Of a DNA stretch of 64,000 nucleotides, positions 11,669-22,535 are shown piece after piece. The notes under the pieces are model-generated. The model saw only the letters and a program-made list of their open reading frames with translations. It searched no databases and was not told where the DNA came from. The position numbers and the translations under genes are program-made. Source of the stretch: Hormiphora californensis (lineage: Eukaryota; Animalia; Ctenophora); contig CM035350.1 of NCBI GenBank assembly GCA_020137815.1, positions 1,364,001-1,428,000 of the forward strand. Reading direction: 5' to 3'. How positions within the stretch are numbered: the first letter of the stretch is position 1; every line of letters begins with the position of its first letter.

Positions 11669-12311
11669 CTACTCTTCAGCAGGCACAGTCCACTTCCAGG
11701 TGGATCCCTTTTCAGGCTCTGTCTCCCCTGCACTTCCTGAGGGATGGATAGAATACATGAACCGGTCATAACATAATGTTTAATTTTAACTTCAATGGAT
11801 AATCCAGGAATTAAATTTCATAGCACGGTATAGTAACCATGGTAACAGATGTACGCACTAAACTTACTCTGCATGTACTCTTGGAAGGATAGAGGGTGTT
11901 CTCCCCGAGATCTTCGGAATGCCTGCCTTCGGAACTTGAACACCTGCCTAGGTTCCATCACCTCATTTTCATCATCCTCACTTGTTTCTGGGGAGGATAA
12001 GACGATATTATACACCTTGCATATAATACTGGGGGAGGGGATACATGACTATCGGCTGAAGGGTCAAGAGAAGGAGTTATGGTAGCTTTAGACATTTGGA
12101 AAATAGTTTGAAGCGATAGGGTTAGGTATGGAATTAGAAGGGCCAATGGAAAGTTAAACAAATCTTGCCAACTCGAATCTATGAAGCTACTGATCACATC
12201 ACATCACGGTTAGGATTTGGCATTGTATGAGTCCATGTCGTTCTTACCAATACTGCAGAGGACGGTAGAGATGATAAGCAACAGGACGGTGGCATGTCTG
12301 CAGGTAGTCAT
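11669..12311 (-). CDS. 83-aa secreted protein, peptide-precursor-like (3 exons)
   Basis: Exons 12311-12248, 11987-11868 and 11736-11669 join through phase-1 GT-AG introns: MTTCRHATVLLLIISTVLCSIETSEDDENEVMEPRQVFKFRRQAFRRSRGEHPLSFQEYMQRSAGETEPEKGSTWKWTVPAEE*. AATAAA at 11586-11581. Confidence 0.7.
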
Positions 12312-13139
12312 CTGTACTGAAACTAAAAACACACCAACACTACCCTTTCTTAAGTAGCTGTGAGGATCGAGCTAGACCTGACGTGTGATTGGGTAATAGC
12401 ACGTGATTGAGATATCGAGACAAAGGATGCAGCTCGAGGTGAGCGGTCAGTGCTAGATAGACAGAGCTACAAGATACTACGCAGATAGGTCATATCTCTG
12501 TGTGATTGCACAGTTGTTCACAAAGGATAAACCATTATTAGAAAATGACACCTCCCTACTGCAGTTCTCACCCCCGATATAGGTGATTGAAGATCATCTG
12601 CTGTAATTATAGTAAGGGAGAGAACGTACCTTTATCCCATTAGTCATTACCATACAAATATATGTGCTGTTGCGAAAGCCCCTTCTCATCTCATAGATCA
12701 TCTGTTTTAATCTCCCCCATCCATAAGATAGGAGATTAAAGCTGGAGAACACAGCTGTCATTTGCAATCAGTATATACGTACCAGTGATGAATCCTGGTA
12801 GCGACCAGTTAATCAAACCGTGTCTGCAATATTCATATCGAGATTATTGCTCACACCATTTGATAATCCCCCCCCAAGCAAGATTAAGAACTCTACTATT
12901 TTTAATCCAGCTCACATGCTCAACTGTTCCCCTACTCCTAATCGCGGAGCATAGCCACTAATAAAACTGTCGCTAGTGATGGACTTATTTCAAGGACACC
13001 GTGTTGTATGAAAACATTAAAATTCAGTCAAATAATTTCGGGGATACATTTGAAAACTAAAACTCTTTCCAGGTTTCGTTGTGGTGAATCTTTAGATAGT
13101 ATCGGACTACTAACTAGTTCGGTAAGTACCCATGTCTCA

Positions 13140-13560
13140 CATCTCAGCTCTGTCCCTGTCTCTGAGTCTGTCTTTGTCTCTGTCTTTGTCTCTGAGTCTG
13201 AGTCTGTCTTTGTTTCTGTCTCTGTCTGTGAGTCTGAGTGTATGTGAGTCTGTCTCTGTTTCTGTATCTGTCTCTGAGTCTGTCTCTGAGTCTGTCCCTG
13301 TATTTGTCTCTGTCTCTGAGTCTGTCTCTGTCTTTGTCTCGGCAGTCTCTCTGTCTCTGTCTCTGAGTCTGTCCCTGTCTTTGTCTCTGAGTCCGAGTCT
13401 GTCTTTGTTTCTGTCTCTGTATGTGAGTCTGTATGTGAGTCTGTCTCTGAGTCTGTCCCTATTTCTGCATCTGTCTCTGTGTCTGTCTCTGAATTTCTGT
13501 CGCTGTCGCTGTCTCTGTCTGTCAATGCAATTGCAAGTCTAGTGTCGCTGTCTCACTCTC
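13140..13560. repeat. Degenerate hexamer satellite (GTCTCT/GAGTCT)n
   Basis: About 420 bp of tandem tctgtc/tctgag units immediately upstream of the LINE. Confidence 0.9.
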
Positions 13561-14130
13561 AGTCTCACATACACTGACACTGCACAATCTAGTATCTGTC
13601 ATTGTCACTTGTCAGTGTTTCTGTCGGTCAGAGGCAGACATAAAGTTGCCTAGGCCTTAATTCAACAGGGTGTGAAAAAACGCCAAAGTGAGGGGCTTGA
13701 ATGTTGAGAGTCCCGAACGTAGCGCGCTGTGTTTAGATGTTTTCACTGCGTTAAACATATGCGCGGAAAGTACCCGCGCGCCTTACCTGAATTATAAAAT
13801 TTTGAGTTTTCAAATTTGCCAAATCTTTCAAAACTTCAAATTTTCAAAAAACGACTTTCTAAAAGTTCATTGTTTTGGTTTCTCTCTCGTCTCTTCTCGT
13901 TTTTCTGTCTTTTTGTTTGGGCACGCGTGGCTTAAACATAGTCACGTGCCCCGTTGCCTGAGGACCGAGGAGGATCCCTGGTGACCCTTGTCACCAGATG
14001 CTCATCACACTTTCCCGATGTTTCAAACTTTTCAACACTACTTTAAACAAATTAATTTGAGCCAATGGCTCCAATGACCACCCGATAAATCGCGGGAGAA
14101 GTAACGAACCCGTGTATCCGCCAAGACAAG

Positions 14131-15654
14131 ATGAAGAAAGACGAGAAGGAGGGAATCTTCCGAAAGAAGGAGGAACCAGTCCGCAAAGCCGTCATCTCTG
14201 AATTGGTAACAAAATCGCTCCCTGCGCACCCGCTCGCTAAAGAAGTTTTCGAGAGCTACCAACATTTCGTGGGCATTACCGAGAACCTCCTTCAATTCAA
14301 AAAGTTGGGGTTGAATGAAATTCTTTCTGCTGCGAACTTCTTGGGACTGATTGCTGACAGCGGTGAACCTGGGGGGAAGAAACGGCCGTACAAGAACCGC
14401 GAAACGCTGAGCCACAGGATCATCAAGAAAATTGAGAGCCTATTCCCGAGCGTGTGCGCCGAATGCAACTCGTCATATAAACCAATTATTGGCGATACAC
14501 CTGTCATTTCCTGTTGGACGTGCTACCGACCATCTCACGACTGTTCAGGCATGCTGGAGATTGCCGAAGATTTTGGAAAGCTGAAGAACAAATCCAATTT
14601 CAAATGGCTCTGCATGGACTGTAAAGAGATGACGAGCCTGTCCCTGAAGAAAATGCTCACACTTTTCGACATCGGCTCTTACAAAACTCTTGCGGAGACA
14701 GAAAACCCCCTGTCTGGCAATGATGATGCTTTCCATGACTCTGTGGAAGGTTTTGAGGAAAACAATGAAGGAGTAGACATCTCTGCAAAAGAGCTATCAA
14801 ATATGTCCCACTATCTGTCTCAAGTTGAGGAAAAGAAGGAGAAGGACACGCCTGACGACCCTGACAATGCCAAAGCGAAGATTCTCTGCAGGTACTTCCG
14901 GAGGGGGAATTGCCGGCACGGTACTGAAGGAACTACTCTTGTGGAAGGAAAAGTATGCCCCTTTTTACACTCCCCACCCACTGAGAAACAGGCTCAATCC
15001 CAAGGGAATGACACAAGAGGAAATGGTGCAACCCAAGCCCTAGGTGACGAGTGTGAGACATTTGTAAATTACGGCAGATGCAAGCACGGAATGAGTGGGA
15101 AAATAAAGAAAAACGGAAAAATCTGTGAAGGACGACACCCCAAGATATGCAAGAAACTGCGATCAGGTGGATTTGGAAAAAACGGGTGTACCAAGGGATC
15201 GAAGTGTGAGTACCTCCACCCTAAAGTATGTAGGGGATCTGCCTCAAAAGAAAAGGCATGTGCTGACCCTGTGTCCTGCAAGTTCTTCCATATTTCAGGA
15301 ACACGTATTTCCCACCCAAACGTACAGCAAACACAACCCAAACCGGCTGTAAAACCTGGAGCCGCCAATTATGCAGCGGTACTGGACCAAAAAGCAGAAC
15401 CAGTAACAACTGCAACTCCTGTGACAATGGATTTTCTCCAGGACCTGATCAGAGAGATGAAGGAGGGATTCTCTGCTCAGGCCCAACAAATCCAGTTTCT
15501 GACACGGTCCGTGCATTCTCGAGAAACAGGCTCTCCAATAAAGCCCCTGTTCGGAGATCTTCCAGCACCCAGCCAGGAACATCCAATCCTGGGATTCGGA
15601 GCTACCCATCCGACATATCAACCGTATCACCTCTCTCAAAGGTTTACCTACTAA
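14131..15654 (+). CDS. LINE ORF1: PHD finger plus four CCCH-like zinc fingers
   Basis: PHD: CAEC...CWTCYRPSHDC...WLCMDC. CCCH-like units: CRYFRRGNC...CPFLH, CETFVNYGRC...CEGRH, CKKL...GCTKGSKCEYLH, CRGS...ACADPVSCKFFH. Confidence 0.85.
   Translation: MKKDEKEGIFRKKEEPVRKAVISELVTKSLPAHPLAKEVFESYQHFVGITENLLQFKKLGLNEILSAANFLGLIADSGEPGGKKRPYKNRETLSHRIIKKIESLFPSVCAECNSSYKPIIGDTPVISCWTCYRPSHDCSGMLEIAEDFGKLKNKSNFKWLCMDCKEMTSLSLKKMLTLFDIGSYKTLAETENPLSGNDDAFHDSVEGFEENNEGVDISAKELSNMSHYLSQVEEKKEKDTPDDPDNAKAKILCRYFRRGNCRHGTEGTTLVEGKVCPFLHSPPTEKQAQSQGNDTRGNGATQALGDECETFVNYGRCKHGMSGKIKKNGKICEGRHPKICKKLRSGGFGKNGCTKGSKCEYLHPKVCRGSASKEKACADPVSCKFFHISGTRISHPNVQQTQPKPAVKPGAANYAAVLDQKAEPVTTATPVTMDFLQDLIREMKEGFSAQAQQIQFLTRSVHSRETGSPIKPLFGDLPAPSQEHPILGFGATHPTYQPYHLSQRFTY
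15429..15481 (+). promoter_or_regulatory. Candidate -1 programmed ribosomal frameshift signal
   Basis: G_GAT_TTT in ORF1 phase, 8-nt spacer, then hairpin cctgatcagaga (15444-15455) / tctctgctcagg (15470-15481) pairing 11 of 12. The -1 frame is open into the APE domain. Confidence 0.6.
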
Positions 15655-18651
15655 ACTGCAGGTCAATTTCACCTGCAGCTGGAGGGGAGACAAAGTGGAA
15701 ACTCCCCTACATCAAGGAGATGTATCTGTCTCCTGAAAAGCATGAACCCCCCGTCCTCGCAATGGGCATCACGGAGACATGGCTTAAGAGCTACATCTCA
15801 GACGCTCAAGTATCAGTCCCCGGATATGCTGTCCTAAGATCTGATAGGGATATAAAAATTGGCGGAGGATGTCTTCTGTACGTCAACGAGGAAATCCCTA
15901 TCACAAAACAACTATCGTGGAGCGACAATCAAACAAGCGTAGTGACTGCATTCTCAGAAGAGCATAACCTGCTACTGGGATGCGTCTACCGGCCCCCAGA
16001 CGCTCATGAATCTTCCTTTGGAGAAGCAATGAGAAAACTACAAGAGGAGATTGATAGCATCTGCAAGAATGGTGAAGAACCTGAAATAGTGTTACTTGGG
16101 GACTTCAACTTACCTCAGATGAACTGGGAAAGTCTTAACACTAAAGTCGGAGGAGTGAGAGGAAACGGACCATACCAGCAAACCGTGGAGCTGATCAATG
16201 AAAACTTTCTGGAACAAGTGGTGAAAACACCGACCAGAGGACCAAACATACTGGACATAGTGCTCACTAACACACCTGATTACTTTGTAAATGTGGAGAC
16301 TACAGAAATTAAGATCTCCGACCACCGGATGGTGGAGTGTACCCTCGCTCACAACCCCCTCGTGAGCCAAACCATAGAAAAGACAGAAGAGGACCCTTTT
16401 CGAAAGTTGAAGTTACATAACGTGGACTACAACCCTATGAAAACTAAACTATGTGAAATCGATTGGGACAAAGCCTCAGATTACTGCGACCAGGAGGAAG
16501 GGACAAATGAACAGTTCCTAGATCTTGTAATCAAAGTAGTCCTCGAAATTGCGGAGGAAACCCTCCCAGTTAAGAAGATACTGCAGAAGCCGAATAGAAA
16601 GATCAAAGAACCCATAAAAAGGAAAGCCAGGAAAATCAGGAAAAAGCTCAATCGGGACCCCGGCCCCGACCCCCAAGAGGAAAGAGAGCTTCACGAACAA
16701 CTGGCGGAACTAAACGACCAAGTGAAAGAGAGGATTATTGAAAGCCTAGACCAAGAGGAGGAGAGTGCTGTTGCTACAATCAAAGAAAATCCCAGGTACT
16801 TCTTCTCATATGCCAAAAAACTATCCAAAACAGCATCAAACATCGCTCCAATTAAAAGAGAAGACGGAACTCTTGCCACTGAGAGTGCAGAGAAAGCACA
16901 GTTACTACAGAAGCAGTATGTTCGTGTTTTTAGCGACCCTGGCAAAGTTGATGCAGAAAACGGCCTCTCCTGGACAATCGATGAACCCAAAAATATTCTG
17001 GAAGACTTCGATTTTACCCCCGAAGACATAGAGTTAGCGATGAAGGAGATAAACCCCTATGGAGCAGCCCCAGAAGGTGACATCCCTGCAAGAATTCTGT
17101 ATGAATGTCGAGCTCAGCTTGCCTACCCCCTATGGCTCCTATGGAGGCGATCGATGGATAAAGGGACAATTCCCTCCTTCCTGAAAAACCAACAAATCGT
17201 ACCAATATTCAAGAAGGGGGACAGGACCAAGGCAGCAAACTATCGGCCAGTCTCACTGACCTCTAACATAATCAAAACATTTGAAAGAGTCATGAGGAAC
17301 CAGATTGTTGTCTTCTTTGAGGAAAACAGTGTATTTCCAGAATCTCAACACGGATTCCGAAAAAATCGCAGTTGCCTGACTCAACTTATCGAGCACGTCG
17401 ACACCATACTCAAACAACTCCGAGATGGTAACGAAGTGGATGTTATATACATTGACTACGCCAAGGCGTTTGATAAGGTTGATACAAACATCCTCATAGC
17501 CAAACTCGAACGATATGGACTCCGGGGAAAAGTCCTGAACTGGATTCCGGTGCTTCTTAACTGACAGATACCAAACTGTCGTAGTGGATGGTGAACGGTC
17601 CTCATGGGAAAGGGTGCGAAGCGGAGTCCCTCAAGGAACCGTGCTTGGTCCACCACTCTTCATCGTCTATGTTGCAGACCTTGTCTCGGCAGTGCAGCAC
17701 TCCCTACCAAAAACCCTGGCAGATGACACTAAACTCATCAAAGCTATAGAAACTGAGGAATCTCAATCGCAACTCCAGAAAGATTTGAGTGAAATAGGAC
17801 GATGGTCACGAGCAAACAACATGAGCTTAAACGAGGAAAAATTCGAAGTTCTGCACTACACGCTCAATAAAACACTCTTGCTCAGACAGCTCCCATTTAC
17901 CTCGGAGCTTGACATCTACTACACCCCAGATGGGTCTGAGATCGAACCAAAACTCTGTGTACGGGATCTTGGGGTCCAATTGTCCAATGACCTGTCTTGG
18001 GATCAGCACATCGGAAACATGACTGCAGACGCCCGAAGGATAAGTGGATGGGTTCTACGTGCTTTCAAAACAAGACAGCCCAAGACAATGCTCATCCTCT
18101 ACAAAAGTCTCGTCAGAAGCAAGCTGGAATACTGCTGCCCACTCTGGGACTCGCCCAAAATCTCTGACATTATAAGTGTTGAAGCAGTGCAGAGAAAGTT
18201 CACCAAACGCATTCTTGGAATGAGCGACCTGAGCTACTGGGATCGCTTGAAAAAACTGAACTTACATTCCATGCAGCGACGTCGGGAACGCTACTCTATC
18301 ATCATGGTTTGGAAGATGGCGAACGGAAGTGCCCCTAACAACATTGGGCTGACATTCCACAATAATACAAGACTTGGAAGGAAAGCTGAGGTTCCAACAT
18401 CCCCCACCACCACACAAGTGTCTGTCGCTACGAAGTACCATAACTCCTTTGCCTGCAGAGCGGCTCGACTTTGGAATACTCTACCAAGCAACGTGAATAC
18501 GGCAGAAGACCTAGCCTCATTCAAAGTTCTCCTTGGTAAATGGCTGAAGAGATTCCCAGACCGTCCCCCGGTGACTGGATATTCTCGACAGAATAATAAC
18601 TCAATTCTTGACTGGGCACGAATAGCTTCCAGGGAGGGGGAGGCTCTATGA
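15633..18651 (+). CDS. LINE ORF2: APE endonuclease + reverse transcriptase; one 1-bp insertion near 17546
   Basis: APE motifs YLLNCRSI (upstream of the first ATG at 15720), ITETWL, VYRPP, GDFN, SDH. RT motifs NYRPVSLTS, QHGFR, DYAKAFD, GVPQGTVLGP, LADD, RDLGV. Confidence 0.9.
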
Positions 18652-18710
18652 GGAGCTGACACCTGTGCAGTATCTGCACAAAGAGGACTACAAGACTACA
18701 AGACTACAAG

Positions 18711-21700
18711 ATGTCAAGAGGATCACCATCACGATGTCAATCAACTCCAGTCACCTTACGACCTGATTCTCACCTACTCTCATTCTTTACGCCTCGTTCT
18801 GAATTCCCATCATTTGGTTCAAACGATTCCAACACTTTTGACTCTGAAATATCATTCAACAAACATTCAGAATGTCATGATGAGAGTAACGATTCGACTG
18901 ATGAGTGCATTAGAAATATCAGAAATGCTCTGTCAATTGATGCCGTGTGCTGTGAGTGCAGTGAGAAGATATACTTTGCCGAGTTCGTTAGTTGCACTGC
19001 ATGTAGCAATCTCATCCACCCACAGTGTGTCACACCAGCACAACCACCCACAAACGAGTTATCTCCAATCCCAGATTACTCACCAACCCTCTGTTTAGCT
19101 TGCTCGGATGTAAATCAGGGCCCACCACCGAGACCGCAGCTATCTCAGGTGAATTGTTGGGGAGATTTGAATGCAGAGGAGGTATTCGTGAAGCTACAGG
19201 CTCTTGCACCACTAATCAGCACCTGGGCTCCCAACTTGTTTGAGGTTCCATTTGGAGCAGTTGGCAGAGGTTTCATCGATGAACTCACTAGGCTGGCAAA
19301 CCTTTTCGCGACATCCACTGCTGCGGAGTCTTATGCATTATCAGCCCTAGTGCTAGCTCCTGCACTTCTCCTGCAGAAACCGAGCAAAAAGTCCAAGGTT
19401 GGTGGACATAAAAACCTGTTGGAGCGGAGACTTGAGCTATGGAAAAGTGGGAAATTTGATCAGTTATTCCGTGAGGCTGCTGCAATCCAGAAACCTCTGA
19501 ATTACCAATCCCCCAGTGAGGAGCGGTGTAACAAACGGTTCGTCGATCTAATGAGAAACGGACAGACCAGTGAAGCCACGGGATGGCTTGACTCTTCCAG
19601 ACACACATGTGGAGTCAAAAGCTGCACTGACGAGGTACTCCTCGACCTTGAAAAGAAGCATCCACCCGCTTCACCTATCAGCAGCAAATATGTACACAGT
19701 GACCCACCTGCCGACCACCAGCCAGTCACATTTCAGGGCATAACCGGTGAGAGCATTTACAAATGTGGTTTAAATATCAAAGGTTCAGGTGGTCCCAGTG
19801 GTTTTGACGCCTCCGGGGTGAGCAGAATCCTATGTGCAAAGAAATTCAAACAATCGTCTACGGCACTGTGTGATGCCTTGAGTTTGGTTGCCCAGAAACT
19901 TGCAACTACCGAAGTTCATGGTGACTTTCTTGCAATATTCTGCTCGTCTCGCCTGATTCCACTGGAGAAGACAGATGGAGGTACTCGGCCAATCGGTATT
20001 GGAGAAGTGTTCAGAAGAATAGTCGTCAAAGCTATTATCTTCTCCCAGCGTGTAGCGATTAAAGTTGCTGCAAACTGTGTACAGTTGGCTGCAGGGCAGT
20101 CTGGCGGCTGTGAGGCAGCCATTCATTCACTATCCGATCGGTTTGAGGAAGCTGATTGTGAGGGTGCTCTTCTGTTAGATGCAAGTAACGCCTTCAATCG
20201 CTTGAACAGAGGACTTGCGCTGCATAGTGTTGACAGACTTTGTCCCATACTTGCACAACTGTTCAACAATCTATACGGGGCACCATCACCATTGTACGTC
20301 GGAAACCAAGTGTTGATGAGCGAAGAGGGTGCCACGCAGGGCTGTCCATCTGCAATGGCAATGTACAGTATCGGCATTCTCCCCCTGATTAGTCTGGCTG
20401 ATCTCGAAGATGTACTGCAGGTATGGTACGCTGACGATGGAAATGCTGCAGGAACCATCTCGGGACTACATGAGTGGTACGAAATCATCACAACACACGG
20501 TCCAGCGTTCGGGTACCATATCAACCCCGATAAATGTGTCCTGATCGCAAAGGAGCACCACCTGGAGAAGGCACAGGAGTTATTTGGTGAGACCGGTGTA
20601 CAGATTACAACTGCTGGTGCCAGACACCTCGGTGCAGCAATCGGATCGACTGAATTCAAGACAACATTTGTTACGAACAAAGTTTCCGAATGGGTGAGCT
20701 GCCTTGAAAACCTGGTTACTGTTGCGAAAACTCACCCCCACCTTGCATATTCGAACTATGTCCGCAGTTTGAAAATGAAGTGGTCGTACCTGCAGCGAAC
20801 ACTACCTGATATAGGGCACTTGTTCCAACCTATGGAAGACATCCTGAGGCACAAGCTGATACCCCTATTTGTGGGAAAGCATATCTCGGACATTGAGAGG
20901 AGGATCCTAGCACTCCCCGTCAAGATGGGAGGTTTGGCATTGGAAAATCCGGTACAAACGGCTAATCAAGAATACAATAATTCCCGTTTTGCTACCGGAC
21001 CACTAGTGTCTCTTATCCTGGCGGAAGAGGACTGTCCAAATAACATCATGGATGCCGAGATGAAAAGCGGAAAGTTGAAGAAGAAGTGTGCCGACGCCAC
21101 TGATGAGAGGCATGCAACGGAACGTACAGATATCTTTGCAGTACTTGATATGAAGACACAGCGTGCGATGGAGCTGTGCTCCGAACCCGGTGCTTCTAGT
21201 TGGCTAACTGCTCGACCGCTGCAGAAACTGGGCCATGAGCTCAACCAGGTTGAGTTTGTCGATGCCATTCGGCTCAGATACGGCTTCCACTTCCCGGACC
21301 TGATAGGGAAATGCGGCTGTGGGGCACAAAACACCAGTGACCACGCCTTGATCTGCAAGGTTTGGAGGCTTTGATATGTGGAGACATGACCACCTTCGGG
21401 ATACCTTAGCCGATATCCTTCGGTATGCGGGATTTAAACCCGTTAACACTGAACAGCCAATGTTGCCCTGTGACGGATTCAACCTGCCAATCAGTGCAAA
21501 TATCAAAGCCGAAGCACGAATGGACATAGTCTGTCGTGGCTTATGGTCTGACATGCAGGCCAGTTTCATGGATGTACGGGTGTTCCATCCTAATGCCCCA
21601 TCCTACCTGAAGATGCCCATCACGAACCTGTATAAACAGCACCAAAATCAGAAGAAACTTGCCTATATGCGAAGGGTGCAAGAAGTGGAGCAGGGTTCCT

Positions 21701-21936
21701 TCACGCCCCTCGTATTCTCCACGTCGGGAGGTTTTGCCGGAGAAGTAGGGAAGGTTTTGGAGCGAGCGGCCAGGAAGATCTGTGACAGGCACAAGGAGAG
21801 TTACGCTGAAACCATGTCCTTCATCCGAGAAAAGACACGATTCAGTTTGTTAAGATCAACTCTTGTTGCGCTTCGGGGAACCAAGAGAAGGGTTGTCCCA
21901 GTCAGTGTGGAAGATGTAGACTTTCGAGACAAGTGA
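18711..21936 (+). mobile_element. CRE-clade retrotransposon ORF copy 1 (PHD-RT-CCHC-RLE), 1-bp insertion near 21361
   Basis: Same protein as 23218-26442, except an extra T in tgcaaggtttgg splits it into ORFs 18711-21374 and 21376-21936. Confidence 0.9.
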
Positions 21937-22089
21937 GCAGAGAGAGGGAGTATGAGAGTATGACGGTGTGTGGGTAATTTATTATAATTTATTGCTTTCT
22001 AAGAAGATTCAAGATCTGACTGTTGAGTGTGGGCACTTGGCTTGTGCCGTCAAAAGCCTTCAAACGCCTATCACACATAATAAATTTCA

Positions 22090-22535
22090 GTGGTCACTTT
22101 TAAGACATAACCTGAGTCCTGACTAACTCCTCAGAAAGGCACGAAACCTCAAAGACTCCAAACAGTTTTCGGCTGTTTATCTCTCTCCGGATCTTACGCC
22201 CTCTGAACTGAAAGAGCAAAAAGCTCTAAGGTCCACTTTGAAGCGGATACGATCAGAAGATCCTGACGGCTGCTACTTCATCCGTAATAATCTTATCCAA
22301 GTGGGATAGTTCCCCACTAACTCACCGTTATCAGAGAACCGTGCTAGGAGCAGGCAGTCTACTGCAGTCCCTTTCAAATTAAGGAAAACGAGTTGTCTGT
22401 ATACAAACTGTGTCAGTGCGGGATATAAACTGTTACTATTATTATTATTATTTTGATGTCGGTCCCAATGGAAACACTTAAGGCTCAGCAGACTCTCTGA
22501 CGGTTTGTAATCAATGTGTCTGGATACAGAATGCC
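22090..22535 (+). pseudogene. Decayed relic of another CR1-like LINE (ORF1 C-terminus and start of APE)
   Basis: 22127-22309 reads LLRKARNLKDSKQFSAVYLSPDLTPSELKEQKALRSTLK (L1/CR1-type ORF1 CTD). It continues as SCLYTNCVSAGYKL...METLK...INVSGYR, resembling CR1 APE CLYTNARS...ETWL...GY. Confidence 0.6.

Larger units (their letters stand above)
13700..18710 (+). mobile_element. Near full-length APE-type LINE (CR1/L2 group); 5' end approximate
   Basis: ORF1, APE-RT ORF2, 3' stem-loop tgtgcag-tat-ctgcaca (18664-18680) and (GACTACAA)3 tail (18686-18709). Confidence 0.9.

Noticed and set aside
13008-13542. ORFs with SLSLSL / TETDSE repeats
   Set aside because: They are translations of a hexamer satellite, with no coding evidence.
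13701-13710. atgttgagag as a TSD matching atgtcaagag after the LINE tail
   Set aside because: Only 8 of 10 bases match in an otherwise young element, which is compatible with chance.
13919-14000. Possible hammerhead or HDV ribozyme in the LINE 5' UTR (CTGAGGA plus two hairpins)
   Set aside because: There is no GAAA core partner, and I could not build an HDV pseudoknot. Only plain hairpins are supported.
19288-21792. Antisense ORFs within the CRE element (and equivalents in the LINEs and beta-gal genes)
   Set aside because: Shadow ORFs of long sense ORFs, with no recognisable motifs.
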